Shown here: positions 24,982 to 39,900 of the stretch, piece by piece
How the letters are laid out: each line of letters begins with the position of its first letter
Position numbering within the stretch: position 1 is the first letter of the stretch
From: Strigamia acuminata
Taxonomy: Eukaryota
NCBI GenBank assembly: GCA_949358305.1
Contig: OX442314.1
Location: 14,322,001-14,386,000 of the forward strand
Length of the DNA: 64,000 nt
Direction of reading: 5' to 3'
Translations under genes and position numbers: made by a program
Notes under the pieces: generated by a model
Told to the model about the DNA's origin: nothing
Databases searched by the model: none
The model's input: the letters and a program-made list of their open reading frames with translations, nothing else

Positions 24982-27900
24982 TCAAGTGCTCATTTTATTC
25001 AACTCTTGGATTCTAACTAATAAATGACTGATGGTTTGTGACAACAATTCGATCCAGTTTGGGTTCTCCGTTTTAGCCGATGTTCCTCCAATAACTAATG
25101 ATTTGCTACTCCCTTCCTGAGATAATTCAGGCTCGGTGCAAACTGAAAGAGTGGCAGATTCTGTAGACGTTTCACTTATTTTTCGCCTCTTAGCAGGTTT
25201 TTCGTTATTTGCTAAACCAATTTATCACATTAATTTCTTCAACTTACTATTACACCAAATAAAAGTCAAAATCTTACGTGTATCTTGACTTTCACTTATT
25301 TCCTCTTGATGTAATCCACGTTTTAAACACACATCACATAGCTGTTGTAATTGCCTTAGACCTTCGACGAAGCTTTCCTCTACCGTTTGGTTACTGTTTG
25401 TAGAAAGTACTATAACAAGCACTCGAAGCTCCTGTTTGTATTAATGTTTTTTTTTTGTTTATAATAAAATCAATTTTAACGCGAGATTTTTATCAACTCA
25501 CCCCATTGATTTTATACGCTGCTTTATTTAAATCTTTTGGATCTATGTTTAATGGAAAAGAAGACATAAAGTTGTTTATTTGCTGTTTGAGTTGTTCATT
25601 CACAACCTGATGATAGACCTGTAAATAGATTGCATTTTAAATTTACTTAATTACCTTAGCAGATATTTTACAACAAACCTTTGGGAAAAATATACTGCAA
25701 AACTGATATATAACAGGATTATTTAGAGAAGGCTGTTCATCTAATAAAACTGCCTCCAAATAGTCAACAAGATAATTACTCGTACATAGCATTTCAATAT
25801 ATTTTTTGTCAATATGCTGTAAAAGCAAAAATTGAAATTAAAAGTATTTAGTACCGAAAATTTATTTTTACGTACTTCAGCTTGATAAATATCCAACCAC
25901 AATTTTGGAAATAAGCCCAAATGCATGGGAATTCCTTCAAAGCCAACCATGGCACTAAGACTGACCAGTCCATCAGTTACTAAATCATGATTAATGGCCA
26001 TTCGACAAAGCATATCAACTAATTGATGATATGGGAAAAAGAAATCCAGAAGATTCTGGTCGTAATCTTCTTCTAATCCCTATAAAATGAAATTTATTTC
26101 ATGCGTTAAGAGTTGATACAAACAAAAAATTTAATTGTGTACTTTAGGAACTTCAATTTGACTGGGATGAAGAAACATCTGAAACATTGGCCTTTGCGGG
26201 CGAATATTTGATTTACTTATAATTAATTTCTGTCCTTGTTTCGGAAAATAAGGCCCAAACGTAACTATAATAAAATAAACAAACAAATTGTAGAAAATGT
26301 TAAACTTCTTTGCATTTGAATTAAAACTCCGGAAGAAAAATAATCCATATTTTTTTTTCATTCAAAATACCCTCGAAAAACTACACTTACAGAAACCAGA
26401 AGCAATTTCTTTAAAGGTCCTTCCTACGAAATAAAGGAAGGAAAATTGTTTACACATTAAATAAAAACAAATTTGCAAATTTGCTTCTCTTTTCGCATGT
26501 ACAATGCTATAATTTGTCTTTTTTTTTTCAGCCTACTGACACAAATTATGCACGAAGAAAAACTTCATAACCGACTTTACTCGTTACTTCAACTCACCGG
26601 CAACGTTGTTTTCCTGAAATGTTGCATGGCAATGTGTTAACAAAGGAACCAAAGTCTGCAAAATTTCTCCCGGATAAAGCATAATTAATTCCCGTAAAAT
26701 GTCTGCATCAACAACAAAAATTAATTAATTAATTAATTTAATTTAATTAGCTATTTTAAATAAGAAAAATGACATACCAATGCACAAAAGACGCAATTCA
26801 TTGGGAGTATAAGAATTTAAAAGCGTAATTAATTTCTTAGCAGCTTCAACCCTGTCCTTCCAATTGAGCAAACAAAGTTTCACTTCTTTAGTTTCACGAA
26901 ACACCCTGGCACATTTCAATATTTCCGAAACTATGGATAACAATTCAACTAAATCTCCAACCACGTGACAAGCTGTGGCTTCGTGATACATCACATGTAA
27001 AGTAAGAAAAGCCTAAAAACGAGCAAATATGCAATTACACATTGGAATAGATTCCTTGGATTTTTACTCGCACCTCAAACATCATTGGCAAGCCGTTATT
27101 ATATAACAGAAACAATCGGTCGTCATTTGTTTCAAGTAATATTCGGCAAGCAGTTATAAGTGTTGTCCAACAAGATCGTGCATCCAGAATCCCCAAATAC
27201 AACTGCAATGTCATGCGTTTAAATGTGTGAATGTCTTTTAGTTCTTGTTCCGTGCTATCAGGATATTTCAACACAAATAAACGCATCAGTTTGAATAACT
27301 CGTCAATAGCCTAAAAACAGAAAAACATCAACACTGATTTTAATTTCAAGAATATAAAATATACCGCAGAGTATTGTGTAGTATATGGTGTTATGTTTTT
27401 AAAAGCCCATTGAATATTTTGATGATTCGCCAACTGCCGCGTGAACACGCGCGACTGCTGGCAGCATAATCGTAGTAATCCGTAATACGCGGGTAACATG
27501 CAGCGATTGAAAACCATAACATCCTGATCATCATGATCGGCTCTGAAATGGCAACAAAAAAAATATTATTTATATAGTTTATATTTAAAATATTAACTTA
27601 ATACTTACAGGATGTAATTAAATGCAATATTCTTAGTTACATGTGCATTTTGTACAATAAGTTTCACATTTTCTGGACAATCTATGCAAACTTGGTACCA
27701 AAAGATCAGAAGTGCTTGTTTGTTGTGATGAACGGAAATTGGTGGTTCTGACAGTTTTGGTTGAAATAGTTGCCATAAGTCTAAGAAATATTGGCCAAAC
27801 TATAAACGAACAACGCAAATTAGATAAAAGAAAATAAATAAAAAAAAGATTTCACTGTTTTTGTTTCTGGGAAAAATTACCATAAGCCTCTCTGTTCTAG

Positions 27901-30900
27901 AAACAAGACAGTACGTCATCAGTGCAAAGTAAGACATTAATTTAGTCGTTCCGTGCTGGGATGGATCTAATTCAAAAGAAAATAATAATAGAAAGGTAAA
28001 TTAATCTTCGAAAAAATAATTATGATATAAAACTTACCAACAAAGTGTTTTGCGCGTTTCAAGAGCCGTAATAGTAGATCGTAAATTTGATGCAAAATCA
28101 TGACACTCTCCGCATTCATCGTTATCTCTTTTTGAGGACTTAGCATGGTCCTTGCAGTTCGATATGCTTGTCTAAAGCTATTACTAGGAACTAAATTTAC
28201 AAGTAAAACTGCAGCGGCTAAACGAACATCAAATTACATCAATAAACATATATTAATTAAACATTCATTCTTTATTTTACCATGGCGAACTCGTTGATTA
28301 ACATGAGCAATTAAAAAGTGTTCCACCCACGATTCCATATTTGCCAGCACCCACGAATGGGCAACTTTATTTCGAGGCACTTGCATTGCTAACCATTCTA
28401 GACATTGCTGAGGACAATACTCAGCAACCTGAAAATACTAAGAAATTTTAAACCTCTCGATTAATCTTTTTGTTTGCCGAAATAATATACCGAACACTTA
28501 CTTCCCAAATTCTCTGCAATATAAGATTTGTGAATGATGGCATGCCAGGAGGCCCACCCACAAATTCCACCAACAGAGACAACAACTTGAAGAACGGTTG
28601 ATTTAACTAGAAATAAACAATTAATTTATAATCAAAACAAAACGAAAATATTCGAATCTTAATGATAACAACCTCATTGTGTTTTGTTATAGCTTGAAAT
28701 ATCATCGTTATGATCTGCAGAGAAAAGATTAATTAATTAATTAATTAAACTAAATGTATTTAATCTTCTTACGTGCGCTCCGAGTCTATCGTTCCATCTA
28801 CACAAACTGAAAATAAGATTGCATGTCTGCCTTATATTGATATTGTCACGAATTTGTTGAAAAAGGAAAGGAAAACCCTGTAAAATCGTTTTGAAAAGCG
28901 AAATTAGTAGTCAATCTTAGCTACCAAATTAAAAAAAAATACCTTTCCACCAGCAACTGCACTTAAATCATTTTCAGATAACTGAAGGCGATGGTCATCG
29001 CCTCTAGATTTTTCAGCCAAAGTTGCAATCAATGTAATCATTTTTTCTAGGGACGCGGGCTTGTATTTATCGTCAACAATAGAGATCACATCATCGTCGT
29101 CGTCGTCGTCTTCATCCGATACCACATCGATCTGGAAAAGCAAATTTGTTCAACATTTTCGACTAAATAAATTTTTTAAAACTATTTCTATTACATATTC
29201 CGAACTCTTCTGTCCCAAATAAAAATTAACCATAATTGCTATAGCCTCAGTTGCAATTAAAAACTGCGATTCCTCTTCTCCCATTTTTGCAAATTCCAGA
29301 AGGAAAGTGAAATACTCCGTTAGATGTTTGCAATGTTGTTTGGCCCCATGTTCAATCAACGATAGAAGTTTTCGAATGAAACGTGTGACACAAGAATACC
29401 GGCCAATTTGAGCTATGTCAACGTCGGAAGAGTCATCACTGAAAAGAATAATAGAAATGCTCGAGCAAACACTCAGCACAAAATATGAAATCATTCACCT
29501 GTCAACGTATGGCTGTAAATACAAAGCTGAATGCACGGGCTTTAACTTATTGATCACGTGAATACAAAGCCTTTGGAACATTTGTCGCACGACTTGATTG
29601 GGGCACTTGATCAATATTTGAACGGGCCACCAATCGTTTTCAGCCATATGGTCCATAAACCACTAACATTCAAGATAAATTTATCCATATTTTCAAACAA
29701 TATAATTAAAGCGATCACTTACCTCACAAGCACTTTGACTAGAATTACATTGTTTGGTTAACAACTCAATCCATTGCACCATTGTAGGTTTTTCTTTAGC
29801 ATGAATTAATGTTTCCAAAACAAAAGAGGTGCTCAATTTTGAGGACATTAGTGTCACATCCTTATGCTGCGACATCGTTTGTGGTATGTAACCGCAGATT
29901 TGCCACATGAAACTAAATGGATAAATTAATAAGCAGAAAATAAACAATAGTCCAACAAAAATTTACTTGAAATATGTGTGTTCAAAGATATTTTTATCCT
30001 GTAGAAACTGCATATTATCTTGCCAAATCCATTCAGCCAACTCTTTGGATAACTCGAAATGCGGTTGATCGGTTTTACTACTTTCCGTTGATCTCAACGT
30101 CTTCAACTCCCCTTTAAGATCGGATGTGTCGGGTAAAGATCGCTCGTAAAACAACATGTAAGCACTATTTGTCTGGTAAATTATATAAAAAAAATTATCG
30201 AAATTTGTTAGAATTAAAGAAAAAAGTAAAATTTAAAAGCTAAAAACCTTTTCGAAAGAAAAATCCATAAACTTATCGGTAACCGAGTCGTAAGTCTTGC
30301 TCTGAAACAATTAAAAGGCTCTGAACTGTATAACACCGTATTAATTACAAATTTCTTACAAATTTTACCGTCATTTCACCACCAAAACACTCGGCAGCAA
30401 TTTGAGCAGGATCGAAAGGTTTAACTTCAGCGTCGTTGAAAAGAAACCTTTAAAATTTAGTCAAGAAATGTACATTAAATCAAAGTAACAATGTCAAACT
30501 GCGCTGCCTACCATTTATCTTTATTTAAAGACGTTCTATCTCGAATAAAACTATAATAGTGGCCTCCATCAGCTGTACCTGTGTGAACAGTTACTCCGAT
30601 CAAATCGTACAGATAATTGTCCTCTTCGTCTTTCGAACAATCATCGACTAAAAAATACAATAATTAATATCGCAGTATTGAGGCAATAAAAACAAATATT
30701 GTATTCACCTTTATATTGATCGGGCATCAAATTTTTTTCTATATACCCTGACATATCTAAGCGCAGTGGGAATGAGAAGTGAGTATTAACTTTCTCCTTC
30801 ATCATGGTCACCATGTTGAAAGTGTAACGCATTGTGTTGAAACATATTATTTTGGGCAATTTCTTAAAGCAAGCCCTATTAAAAACAACAATTAATTAAT

Positions 30901-33900
30901 CAATTATAACAATTTTTGCAAAAAAAAAAAAAAAAAAAAAAATGTTATTACCTTTTCTCAGCTCTCACTTTTTTCCCACATTGAGAACATGTGTACATGT
31001 TGTCTCCTTCCAATGTGTCTTTTACTGTTACCTCATCAAGCGATTCCTAATTTAAATTTTAAAAATTACTACTACGCCATCACGTTTATGTCTAAACTTT
31101 ACATATAAATTTCTCATGTCCGCAACTTGGCATCTAACTGTATAAAACTCTTCAATCGTTCTGCTTACATGAGGACAGTCCTTGAATTCAAATAAAATAA
31201 ATACAATTTAACGGGACGTAATGTGCAATTAACCTACCAAAGAAACTACATTGTTCGTAATAACACCACAAAACAAGGTCTTCACAAGTTCTTTTAATTG
31301 AGGTGTCATCTCTTCCAACTTGCTTATTAAATCGGTGAAAAATTCTGCCATGTCTTTCTGCTCGCCAGTATTTAACGGCTGATGATCCATTACATATACT
31401 TTACAAAAACTTTTGGGATTGTAAGCCTTGCGTTCGCTTTCCTGAAATTGAAAAACAACAATGAGCAATTTCGTGAGTATTCAAATGTCAAGAATGCAAC
31501 GTATCCTACTAGTAAGTAAGCAAACATTCGCTGCAGCTCATGCAATGTATTTTCATGTTTGCTTTCTTCGTTACACTGCTGTAAAAAAATGTACAACACT
31601 TTAAATTAGAATATCCAGGTTTTTTATAAAACAACCCACTCATTTTTATACTTTTGCTGCAAGTATTGAAACTCTTGCTTGAGGCATCATGTACAAATGT
31701 TGCATGCACGAAGCCATGTAACATGTTGCACCTAAATTTGTTAGGCCAACATAACCACAATCAGATCGACCGTCTTCGTGAGGCCAATAATCCCAAGGAT
31801 AAGGTGAATGCGAGTCTAGAAATTCAAAAAAGCAAAAATTATCCAAGTGTACTATAGAATTTGTACATTTTTTGGTCGTACCAGGACTGTGTTGTTTCAG
31901 TAAACACTTATGCAATATTGTGTAATTTTCAATGCATTTTTTGATTAATTCTATTATTAAATCATACGCTGCTGATCTAGCTGTATTCGATTTACATTTG
32001 GGCAAAAACCGCTGTTTAGGACTCGGCAGAGCGAATAAACAATCAAATAATTGAATAAGAAAAGCCTAAAAAAAATATTATTTAAGCATATATCTTAATT
32101 ACCCATTTTTTTTTTAAAAATTTAATAAAACTAAAGTTACCTGACCGTCTTGACTGAATTTAAATGGCGGATTGTGTTTCATGACAGCAGTACATAATGT
32201 TAATAAACCGATAAGACCGTCATCTTCTACAGTCGCGTGTCGTGTTTCAAGAAAGTCTCGAGATAGGATCGACTCTACTAAATATTTGATCAAGTTGTCG
32301 AAATCCAATTTTGTTGTTTGCTAGAACGAAAAAATATACAAATCAACGATTGATCTAACGTATACAAATCACCTTACCTGTTCGTTGAATTCCTTAATGA
32401 TTTCATCGTCTAAACTGTCCACAAGACGACAAGCCAACCAGAAATAATCCCTACAAGCCGAACCGTACGGTTCTTTCCCATCTTCCTCGGGCTACAAAAG
32501 TTTAAAGCATTACGTACGTACATTACACATTACCAAACACTTTAAAAAAAAAAACATACTTCTAGTCGCATACACTTCATCGCTTGTGCATCGGACAAAA
32601 AACTGAGTAAACAAGACAAAAGGGGAGCGATGTATTTTTGTCCACTTTTGCCGTCAATTGTTGTGCCCAAGCAAAGTCGGTACTGGCCGGTACACGCTTC
32701 CCTCCGAACTTCCGGCTAAAAATGCATTAAATTAATTTATTATTATTACACGGTATAAATTTTTTATCTTTAGACCTCAGGATCATCTAGTAATAGTCTC
32801 TTCAAAAGTTTTGCCAATGTTGACCTGCTAAAAAACGCCGCTTTTACCGCATCGCATGAAAAAGACCAATGCACAAGCAGGCCAATGGTGTAATGAACAA
32901 CTTGCGCACGACCCCAGAATCCTGTCTTATAGAAATTTGGATCTTTCAACGTTGCAGCTTCCTCCAAAACGTGCATCAAAGTGTTCATAACAGGTTCTAC
33001 TTCCATTAACTCGAGCATAGCCTTAAATGAAAATTTAAATCAGAAAAAGAAATACAATTTCAAATGTTGTTAGAACTTTACGGAATTTAATCGTGGTATT
33101 AACGACTTCTCATTGCTCCCTCGTCTGTTCTTCTTAGTTTTCTTACGCGGCGTCTCGTATTTATCGATGACGTCTTCCCGAATAACTTGTAGTTCATTCG
33201 GATCAATTCCAAATTGATTAATAAGTTTTAACAAATAAGCTAAACAATCTTGCTTCCACTGCAATTTAAAAAAATATACACATAGAAATAAAAAATGAAT
33301 TAAAGAATCATTCAATTCAATTCAATTTACTTCATTTCCATCTTCTCCCTCGCTCGATTGCAAGACACCAGACATAAAAATCCCGAATATGTGCCGCAAA
33401 CCACCTTGCTTAATAAATTCTTCGGTGAAACTCAAATCTTGTTCACACTTGCTGTCGGAGACTTCTTTATTTACATTGTCACCGTCCCCAACGCATAACT
33501 GGAAAATATAACCATAATCAATTTAACCCAAATTAAAAAGGATAAAATATAAACTAACAGTTTTAGTTGTAGAACGACTAGGTTTAGCCAATGATTCCAC
33601 AATTTGCAGAGAATACATTAATTTCTGTGGACTTGCAGGATCAATCAAGTTCTCAAAAGATGATTCATTCGACCTGTCGATCGACTACAAATAAAAATTC
33701 AATTACAAATTATTCTAAAACATTAATTCACAATTTACTCACCTTTGAAACGAGACTCTGAAATCCTTGCAGAATTGTTGGGCATGTGGGCAGCATCATT
33801 AATAATTCCCAAACCCGTCTGGACAATAATTGTCCCTTCGTATGAGGCATCCAATCCTAAAAATCAATTTCAAAACATTAAATTTTAAATTGTGCTCTTT

Positions 33901-36900
33901 GAACTCACACGCAAATGCTTACCCCAATATTTTTCACAAATTTGAGAGAACTCAGCTGTTGCATTAAACAAAAAAGTTGTTCAAAATGACTAGTTTGCAA
34001 TAAAAGTTCCATTGGCAACTTGAATCTGGGAGGAGCCGGTAACTGAGAAGTAGGTTCTAAACCTTCGCGTTTTCTTTGCGGCCTTGCAGCACCGACAGAG
34101 ACGAACACCAACTGCAAAATTGCAATATTATTGCAACAAACTCCACTTTATTATCCCCAAAATCAAATCTAACCTGCATATCTTTGAAACCCATATCCTG
34201 TAACGTCCGTTCGTCTAAATCTGCCGACAACTCTTGACCTTGACTGATCATCCGAATTGGTCCTTCAGTAGGTGGCATCCCAGACGAGGTCTCACTGTAC
34301 TCTTGAGTACTTGAACCAGATTCCTAAAATGTTCATTTATTTTTTAATATTTCAGATCCGTTAAGATACAAATTTTTGTTTCATAAGTTTATTACCGTGC
34401 TTTTTCGTTTTTGTTGCTGCACGCGTTGCAACTGTTCCCACCAACGAGTAACTTCGGCCCTTAGTTCAGCAACGTAATCAGATCCCAACATTTCGAAGGT
34501 CACTTTATCGGACAATCCACCAGGTTGGCAAACAATACGGAGTGGAGTCGCTTGCTTCTCGGCTAAGCTTTTCTGGTGTCGCATGATGCCGCAACCGTCC
34601 AAATACCACAACCGCAAGTGGTAGGAATATCTTTACAATTGAATTAAATTTTAACGAAAACGACTATCAATACCGTACTTCTTCGATTTCCCCTTAATTG
34701 GCACATTAATGCCTAATCTGGTGAAAATCGAAGAAATACCTCGGATAAAAAATTTACCGTCTCAGAAAGGTTTCTAAATGAGTTTTTAATAAGAGAAGTC
34801 CTCTTTGAATTATTATTAAATTAGCATCTTCGGCTTCATCCAATTGCTGCGATGCGGTGTACAAATTATTCATACAGCGTTCAATAAATTCATCTTCCTT
34901 CTCGAGTGTCCCGTGATGAACTGTAAAACAAAAATATATTACAACAGACTTGTATTTAACCATTTTGAAAACAAATCAACTTACTATTGATGTAATAACT
35001 GTTTAAATATTGAATTGCTGCCATGCTCACGTCAGTATTTTCGGCTCGAAGGGCAATACCCCAAAGTTGATCCATTCCAGATAACTGCAAATACATTTAA
35101 ATTAAATTCGAAACGAATAATTTTTTAAATCAAAACATTAACATCTACGTCAGAAACTGAAGTTTCATCAGATGCAGAAGCAGCGAGATGCGTAAGACTA
35201 CTTAATTGCTGATATAAATTCAACGCCGTCATACTTGTAGTTTCAGGCAGTAGCAACGGCATCTAATAATTTAAAATGCAATTAAATTTGTATTATTCAT
35301 AACTGAAATCAAAAATACAAATATAAAACGCGTACCTTTTCCAAGAAAATGTGTTTAAATGTGTCTAAACCCATTGCATGTTGATCTTTATTTTTTGCTT
35401 GATTCAGCAACCAACTGAATAATTCGTCGGAACATTCCTGATCGAAAGCCAGGCAACTCCAAAGTGTGTCTACTTGCTCCAAAGTTAATCCTAAATAATA
35501 ACCAATTTGTATTACACTTCACTCTGTATTCACAGTCAACCTAAACTCACTGAAATTATCTGGTGAACCCATAGAAGAAAACACACAAGTTAGAAATTGC
35601 AGCCTCACTTGAATTTCAGTTTGATGACTACACCTGCAAGTGATAAACATTCAGTTATGAAATATTAACACAGAGTCTTTCAACAACTCCATACATGAGA
35701 GGTGAATGAATCTCCATTTTCTTAGCGATGGTTGTGTATGTAAGAAGATTATTGAAAAAATGTTTCATCATTTTGTGCTCCCTTTCTGCCCATCTAAGTG
35801 ACGATACATAAAAACATTAATAACACGATACCAACATTTCAATTTCAATTTACAATGTAATTGCATGAGTATCCATCCCAACTCTGTACTGTTGAAAAGA
35901 CCCAAATAATTTGGGAAGTAACCGAAGTGATATGACAACAGATCTGATGTAAAAATAAATAATCATATGTATATTCCTTAAATTAACTAAATTCGGTTCT
36001 ACCGATTTATGGCCAAATTTTCCAAGCAACCTTCAATAAATTTCATTCGAATAAGTCTATCGGTGGACCAACAAACCAAATTGCACAAAGTTTTCTCCGT
36101 TTCCGTTGCTAAACCTTCTCCTAATTGTCCCTGCAAGCAAAAATAAATTGAGTACATCCACTTTCACATTGCACACGCATCACGTACGACAATTTCGTCT
36201 TGAATCAAATCCCAAAGTAGAGTATGGCCAGGCTTGCACACTTTTTCAATATCGAAATGCCCTGCAGCGAATTGTTGTTCTTTAGGTCCATATCGATGAA
36301 ACACTATTAATAACAATTATTTTCCCCCTAGTTAAGCGTAACTATCAACCGTCATTACCTTTCGCCTGATGCACGTGAGATCGATACATGGAGTTCATCG
36401 TATTGAAATGCTGGTGCATTTGTTGCGAGTTTAGATGAGATTGCGTTCTTGCGGTCAACTGGACCAATTCCTCATCGCAGCCGGACTCCTCGCCATCAAA
36501 ATCGGCCATGTTTTTTTCCGACTTATTGCTGTTGCGTGAACTGCAACTTCCGTCGTCAGGACTGAGAATATCTTCTACCATATCACTAAAAAGAAAATGA
36601 ACGAGTCAAAACATTTAAGTTAAAATCATTTAATTTCGAACGTTACCTGGGTTCACGGATGTGACGTTGAGAGTGCATGTGTTCTAAATACTCACGACAG
36701 TCATAAATTTCATTTTCAGCAGCTTCTGCTAGTTGTGGATATTCCCGAGCGGCCATTTCCGGCTCTTGAGAGTCGCAAAAGACAGGAGTGGCGCCCGTGT
36801 TTTGATTTTTCCCCTCTTCGTCCGTTTTTACATCATCGATTTTCTCGTTTGTGATTTTTGCCACGATACTTTCCACTTCGAGAATACTTGCATCGAGTTC

Positions 36901-39900
36901 ACCCTCTTTCGACCCAACAGACTGCGATTTTTTCTCGATTTCCTTGTTTTGTTTACTCTCATTTACATTTTCGCCCGCATTCGTCTTCAACTCACTTTCC
37001 TCGTCAGTTTTGTGCTCAAACTCTTCAGTTTCTACGAGTCTCCTCTGTACCAATTTCTCCTTCACATTCTCTTCGAGCAAATCTTTAATCGACAAATCCG
37101 CTTGCATTCCACGATAACACTCTTCTTTATCGTCGGTCAATTCTGAAAACACCCTACTCGCTCTCTTTAAGTTCTCTTCTAGATTTATTTTTGCAGCTGC
37201 CATTTCGTCTACATCCAGTTCTTTCGATTGAACCGCTTTTCCACGTCCGGTTAAAAACGTTTTCTCGCCGATTCTGTGTGTATTTCTCAACTTCTGTCTG
37301 TGCCGATACATCTTGCAACGTGTTTCCTGAACTTTATCATCCACCGACGAATCCTCATTGCCAGAATCATCGTCGGTCTCACTCATGGTACTTAATCCGC
37401 TTACTCGTAATCCTGAATTATCACCCACTCCTTCACAATCAGTAGGTAAAGAATCGTTACTGACATTACTTAAATCGGTATCCAAAGCCGCACTACTCGC
37501 GGAGCTGTCATCAATTTCCGCTATTTCTCCAGGTTCGCGACGGGAAATCATACGTTTTCTATTCTTTTGTCTGTGATGAAGAGCTTTTTTCTTCCTAGCC
37601 AATTGCTGCAATCTTTTCTTCACCCCTTCCTCACTTCCCTCATTGCTACTTGCTCGTTTGTCACTAAGTTGTGAACTATCAGGCTACAAAATAAATAAAA
37701 AATTCAATTTAATCCGTGTCTAACTCTAAAAATAGGACAACTTACTTCACTAGTATTCTGAACTGGCTGGCAATCACTCGGTTCTTCTTCATCGCTATTG
37801 CTGGCCTCAACGCTAACACTGTGTTCACTACTACTCACATTGCGCTTAGCGGTTGTACCCAGAGTAACTGATTTTTTAAAAATTTCAAAAAAATCAGATT
37901 CTGAATTTTATTATTTAATAAAATAAAAATTGGTACCTTTTTCTAATTCAGACACATTTATTGAACCTTTTAACATGGCAGTAAATGGTGAATGAGAGGT
38001 GGGATATTCGGCCATAGCCATAGTGCCGTGAGGAGTTCCTCCGCTTGACCAAATAAATTTTATTAGAGCGGACGCAAGACACAATGTCTGAAAAGCATTT
38101 ATGTTTTAGAATTGTACATTTTATCCCACATTTATATCTTTTCTCCCTAATACCTGTTCTGTGTGTTCTTTCGGTTCTAATTTACATAACAAACAATACA
38201 GATGTAGAGCGGGATGCGCCTCGAAATTTTTAATTAACGGCGGTAGCAAGTCATGAACTTGTTTACTACAATGCTTTAATTGTGCAGCTGCCCAAATGCA
38301 GTCAATGTGGTCATTGGTTATTCGACCCTCGGTGGCAAGAAAATTGAGCACGTAATGACTTTGCTTTATAATCTGTAAAAAAACAAAATAATTATAAATA
38401 GAAGCAAATGATAACTCTATAGAATTTAATTTAAACATACTTCTACGTGTAAATTTGGTCCAAAAATGTGTTCAATAACTTTATTTTGAATAAGCCAATT
38501 AGCTAATGCCAAACCAACACTTTCGGTCTCCATGAAAGTTTCACTGTTGCATAACTCGGTGTACATATTTATATGATTCTAAATAGATAAATAAATAAAC
38601 AAATAGAAATTTCAATTGAAAACCTTTTCAATACATTGATTTGAGCAATTCCAGCCAGTCTCATTGTAAGGGTAGAACTTGTAAAATATTTAAAAGCAAG
38701 ATCTAAGCCTTCTCTGTCAAAGGTCAGATGGGCATCCAATGGATCTTTAACGGCTGTCCACATAAACTCTGACATGTTTCTTGTCCCAGTCACTCTCAAA
38801 TCTTTATCAGATAATTTGCACATGTATCTGAAAAAAATTAAATTTAATTAATTTGTAAAAACACAAAAATCACATTACCTAATGACATTCGTCCTTAGTG
38901 GGACAAGACATTGCACTATTGTACCAATATTCATCCATAGTTTAAGCTAGATAAAAAAGTTTTTAGTTATTTATTTTTATAATTGCGTGATTTAAGAAAA
39001 ATACAAGCGTACATTTGAAACAACTGCTATCATCGCGTGAGCCAATGAAAAGGGAAGAGTTTCTGGTGAGGCACTGTGAAATGCAGCAGTCATAGCATTA
39101 ATTCCGCCTTGGTCGCAAAAGAAACACACATTCCGCACCAAAAACACTGGAATCTCCGGATCCTACAATTAGAAGTGAGAGCGAATTAGCCAGATTAAAA
39201 ATTTTTCAATAAAAGGCAAATATAGAAAATCATGTTTGCGACAAAACTCCAATGTTGAGATCTATTAAGCGGAAATGACTCAGGTTGGTAGATCTGCACT
39301 CTGAAGTTTTCCACCATTTGAACTTTTATCAATGTTAGAAGAAGGTTTCAAGATTTCGACTTTTTCTCGCTTTAACTTACATTTGTATCACAATAAATAC
39401 CAAGTGCAGCAATCTCTTGCTGAGAAATTTCCTGTAAAAAACAAAATTCACTCACATGTTGATGATCTTCTGAAAACTGTAACATTGGAAAATGAAGTAT
39501 CAGAATTTACACGCTATTTTTATTTTACTCACTTTAAACTGATCGTTATTAATGAAAAAAAAAACAACTAAACTTTTAATTTTTTTTTAAATTTTTTTCT
39601 AATTTTTTTTTTTTTTTTTTTTTTAATTTTTAAATGTTTTAAAATGAGAAAGAAAAAAATAGATATAATATAATTACCTCCATTTTGGAATGAACACTGT
39701 GCTTATAAGCAACGTAGAGTGGAAAATTTAGGAGAAACACTTTGGAAATAAAATGCAATAACTTTTCGTTGTCGTCTAACGACCATTCGTCCTCATCACT
39801 TTCAAGCATCGTTCGAACATGCAGAGAGGAGACCTGCTCCTTTGCATTTTCACATTTGGCTTTAGAATCACTGTTCAACCCATCTTTATCACTTTTGTCT

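Noticed and set aside
39456..39476. Possible 21-nt USP34 microexon (AG|...|GTGAGT)
   Set aside because: The downstream intron would be only 24 nt, too short to splice. At most it is an in-frame alternative acceptor, which is unsupported.
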